Below are positions 63,111 to 64,000 of a stretch of 64,000 bases of DNA, piece after piece. A model generated the notes under the pieces. The model saw only the letters and a program-made list of their open reading frames with translations, did no database searches and had not been told where the DNA came from. Position 1 is the stretch's first letter. Each line of letters opens with the position of its first letter. The stretch comes from an uncultured Phycisphaerales bacterium (GTDB lineage: Bacteria; Planctomycetota; Phycisphaerae; Tepidisphaerales; Tepidisphaeraceae), in assembly GCA_963755915.1 (NCBI GenBank), contig CAVWLP010000002.1, forward strand, positions 768,001-832,000, in the 5' to 3' direction. A program made the translations under genes and the position numbers.

Positions 63111-64000
63111 GAGTCACGCAGGGCTTTAAGGTGCCGGACGAGGCTTCGGGAGAGGGCGCCGAGATGGTAGCCCCCTTCCAGGGTGCTGACGATCTGGCCG
63201 TGGCAGTGGACGGAGGCGACGTCGCTTAGCATTTTGGTGATGGTTTCGAAGCCGTCGTCGGTGAGGTCGACTTTGGCGAGGGGGTCATCCGTGTGGGCGT
63301 CGAAGCCGGCGGAGATGAGGAGGATTTCGGGGCGGAAGGCGTCGAGGGTGGGGACGATTTTGGATTCGAATTCGACGTGGTAGTCGGCGTCGGTGGCGCC
63401 GGGGTTCATCGGGATGTTGAGGGTTGATCCGACAGCGCGGCCTTCGCCGGTCTCCCAGGCGAAGCCGGTGCCGGGGTAGCAGGTTTCGGGGTGCTGGTGG
63501 ATGCTGATGAAGAGGACGGAGGGGTCTTCGAGGAAGGCGGCCTGGGTGCCGTTGCCGTGATGGACGTCGAAATCGACGATGGCGACGCGACCGACGCCGT
63601 GGCGTTTCTGGAGATATCGGGCAGCGATGGCGATGTTGGAGAAGAGGCAGAAGCCCATGGGGTTGGTGGGCTCGGCGTGGTGGCCCGGGGGTCGGACGGC
63701 GGCGAAGGCGCGGGTGGCGCGGCCGGTGACGACGGCGTCGCAGCAAGTGAGGACGGCGCCGCAGGAGAGGAGGGCTACATCATAGCTGCGCGGGCAGACA
63801 GGGGTGTCGCCGAGATCGAGAACCCCCCCACCGCTGTGGCAGAGGTGGCGGATTTTTTCGATGTGGGCGTGATCGTGGACGAGGAGGATGGCTTCGAGGT
63901 CGGCGCGGGTGGGGGTGAGCTCGAGGAGTTTGGGGCCGCCGATGGGTTGGATGTTAAAGCTGGGGGAGAAATCGGGGAAGGGGTTGGGGGAATCGATGAG
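63107..64000 (-). CDS. Histone deacetylase family protein (5' end outside the window)
   Basis: RPPGHHA, MGFCLF, DFDVHHGNGTQ, YPGTG, SAGFDAH, LEGGY. Confidence 0.93.
   Translation of the reverse strand, partial: LIDSPNPFPDFSPSFNIQPIGGPKLLELTPTRADLEAILLVHDHAHIEKIRHLCHSGGGVLDLGDTPVCPRSYDVALLSCGAVLTCCDAVVTGRATRAFAAVRPPGHHAEPTNPMGFCLFSNIAIAARYLQKRHGVGRVAIVDFDVHHGNGTQAAFLEDPSVLFISIHQHPETCYPGTGFAWETGEGRAVGSTLNIPMNPGATDADYHVEFESKIVPTLDAFRPEILLISAGFDAHTDDPLAKVDLTDDGFETITKMLSDVASVHCHGQIVSTLEGGYHLGALSRSLVRHLKALRDS

Noticed and set aside
1-64000. tRNA, rRNA or known riboswitch
   Set aside because: None was recognised by eye. A covariance-model scan was not possible, so small RNAs could have been missed.

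Overview
GC-rich bacterial chromosome segment. It looks like a Planctomycetota (Phycisphaerae/Tepidisphaeraceae-type) genome, inferred from five PEP-CTERM proteins, an H-X9-DG prepilin, a TsaC-phosphatase fusion next to rpiB, and an HTH-REC regulator. The window holds about 50 genes: a glycosylation cluster, a GH78 rhamnosidase, a minimal type II secretion/type IV filament operon containing an ECF sigma factor, miaB, modAB with a ModE box, a Tat-type SOD, trxB, leuB, two zinc-ribbon AIM24 paralogs, an IS21 inserted into a low-GC nuclease-like gene, an IS4, two DUF899 genes, ppdK, a dipeptidase and a partial HDAC gene. About 25 frameshifts, including in housekeeping genes, are most likely long-read assembly errors. 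The most unusual signal is non-coding: a family of 23-30 bp hairpin elements (stem-GAGC-loop-GTCGA-stem) that behaves like mobile DNA. It shows filled and empty sites inside other repeats, triple nesting at 46568-46647, a 5x tandem array, and in-frame insertions in IS21 genes. At least three other REP-like families are also present. No rRNA, tRNA or CRISPR array was seen.
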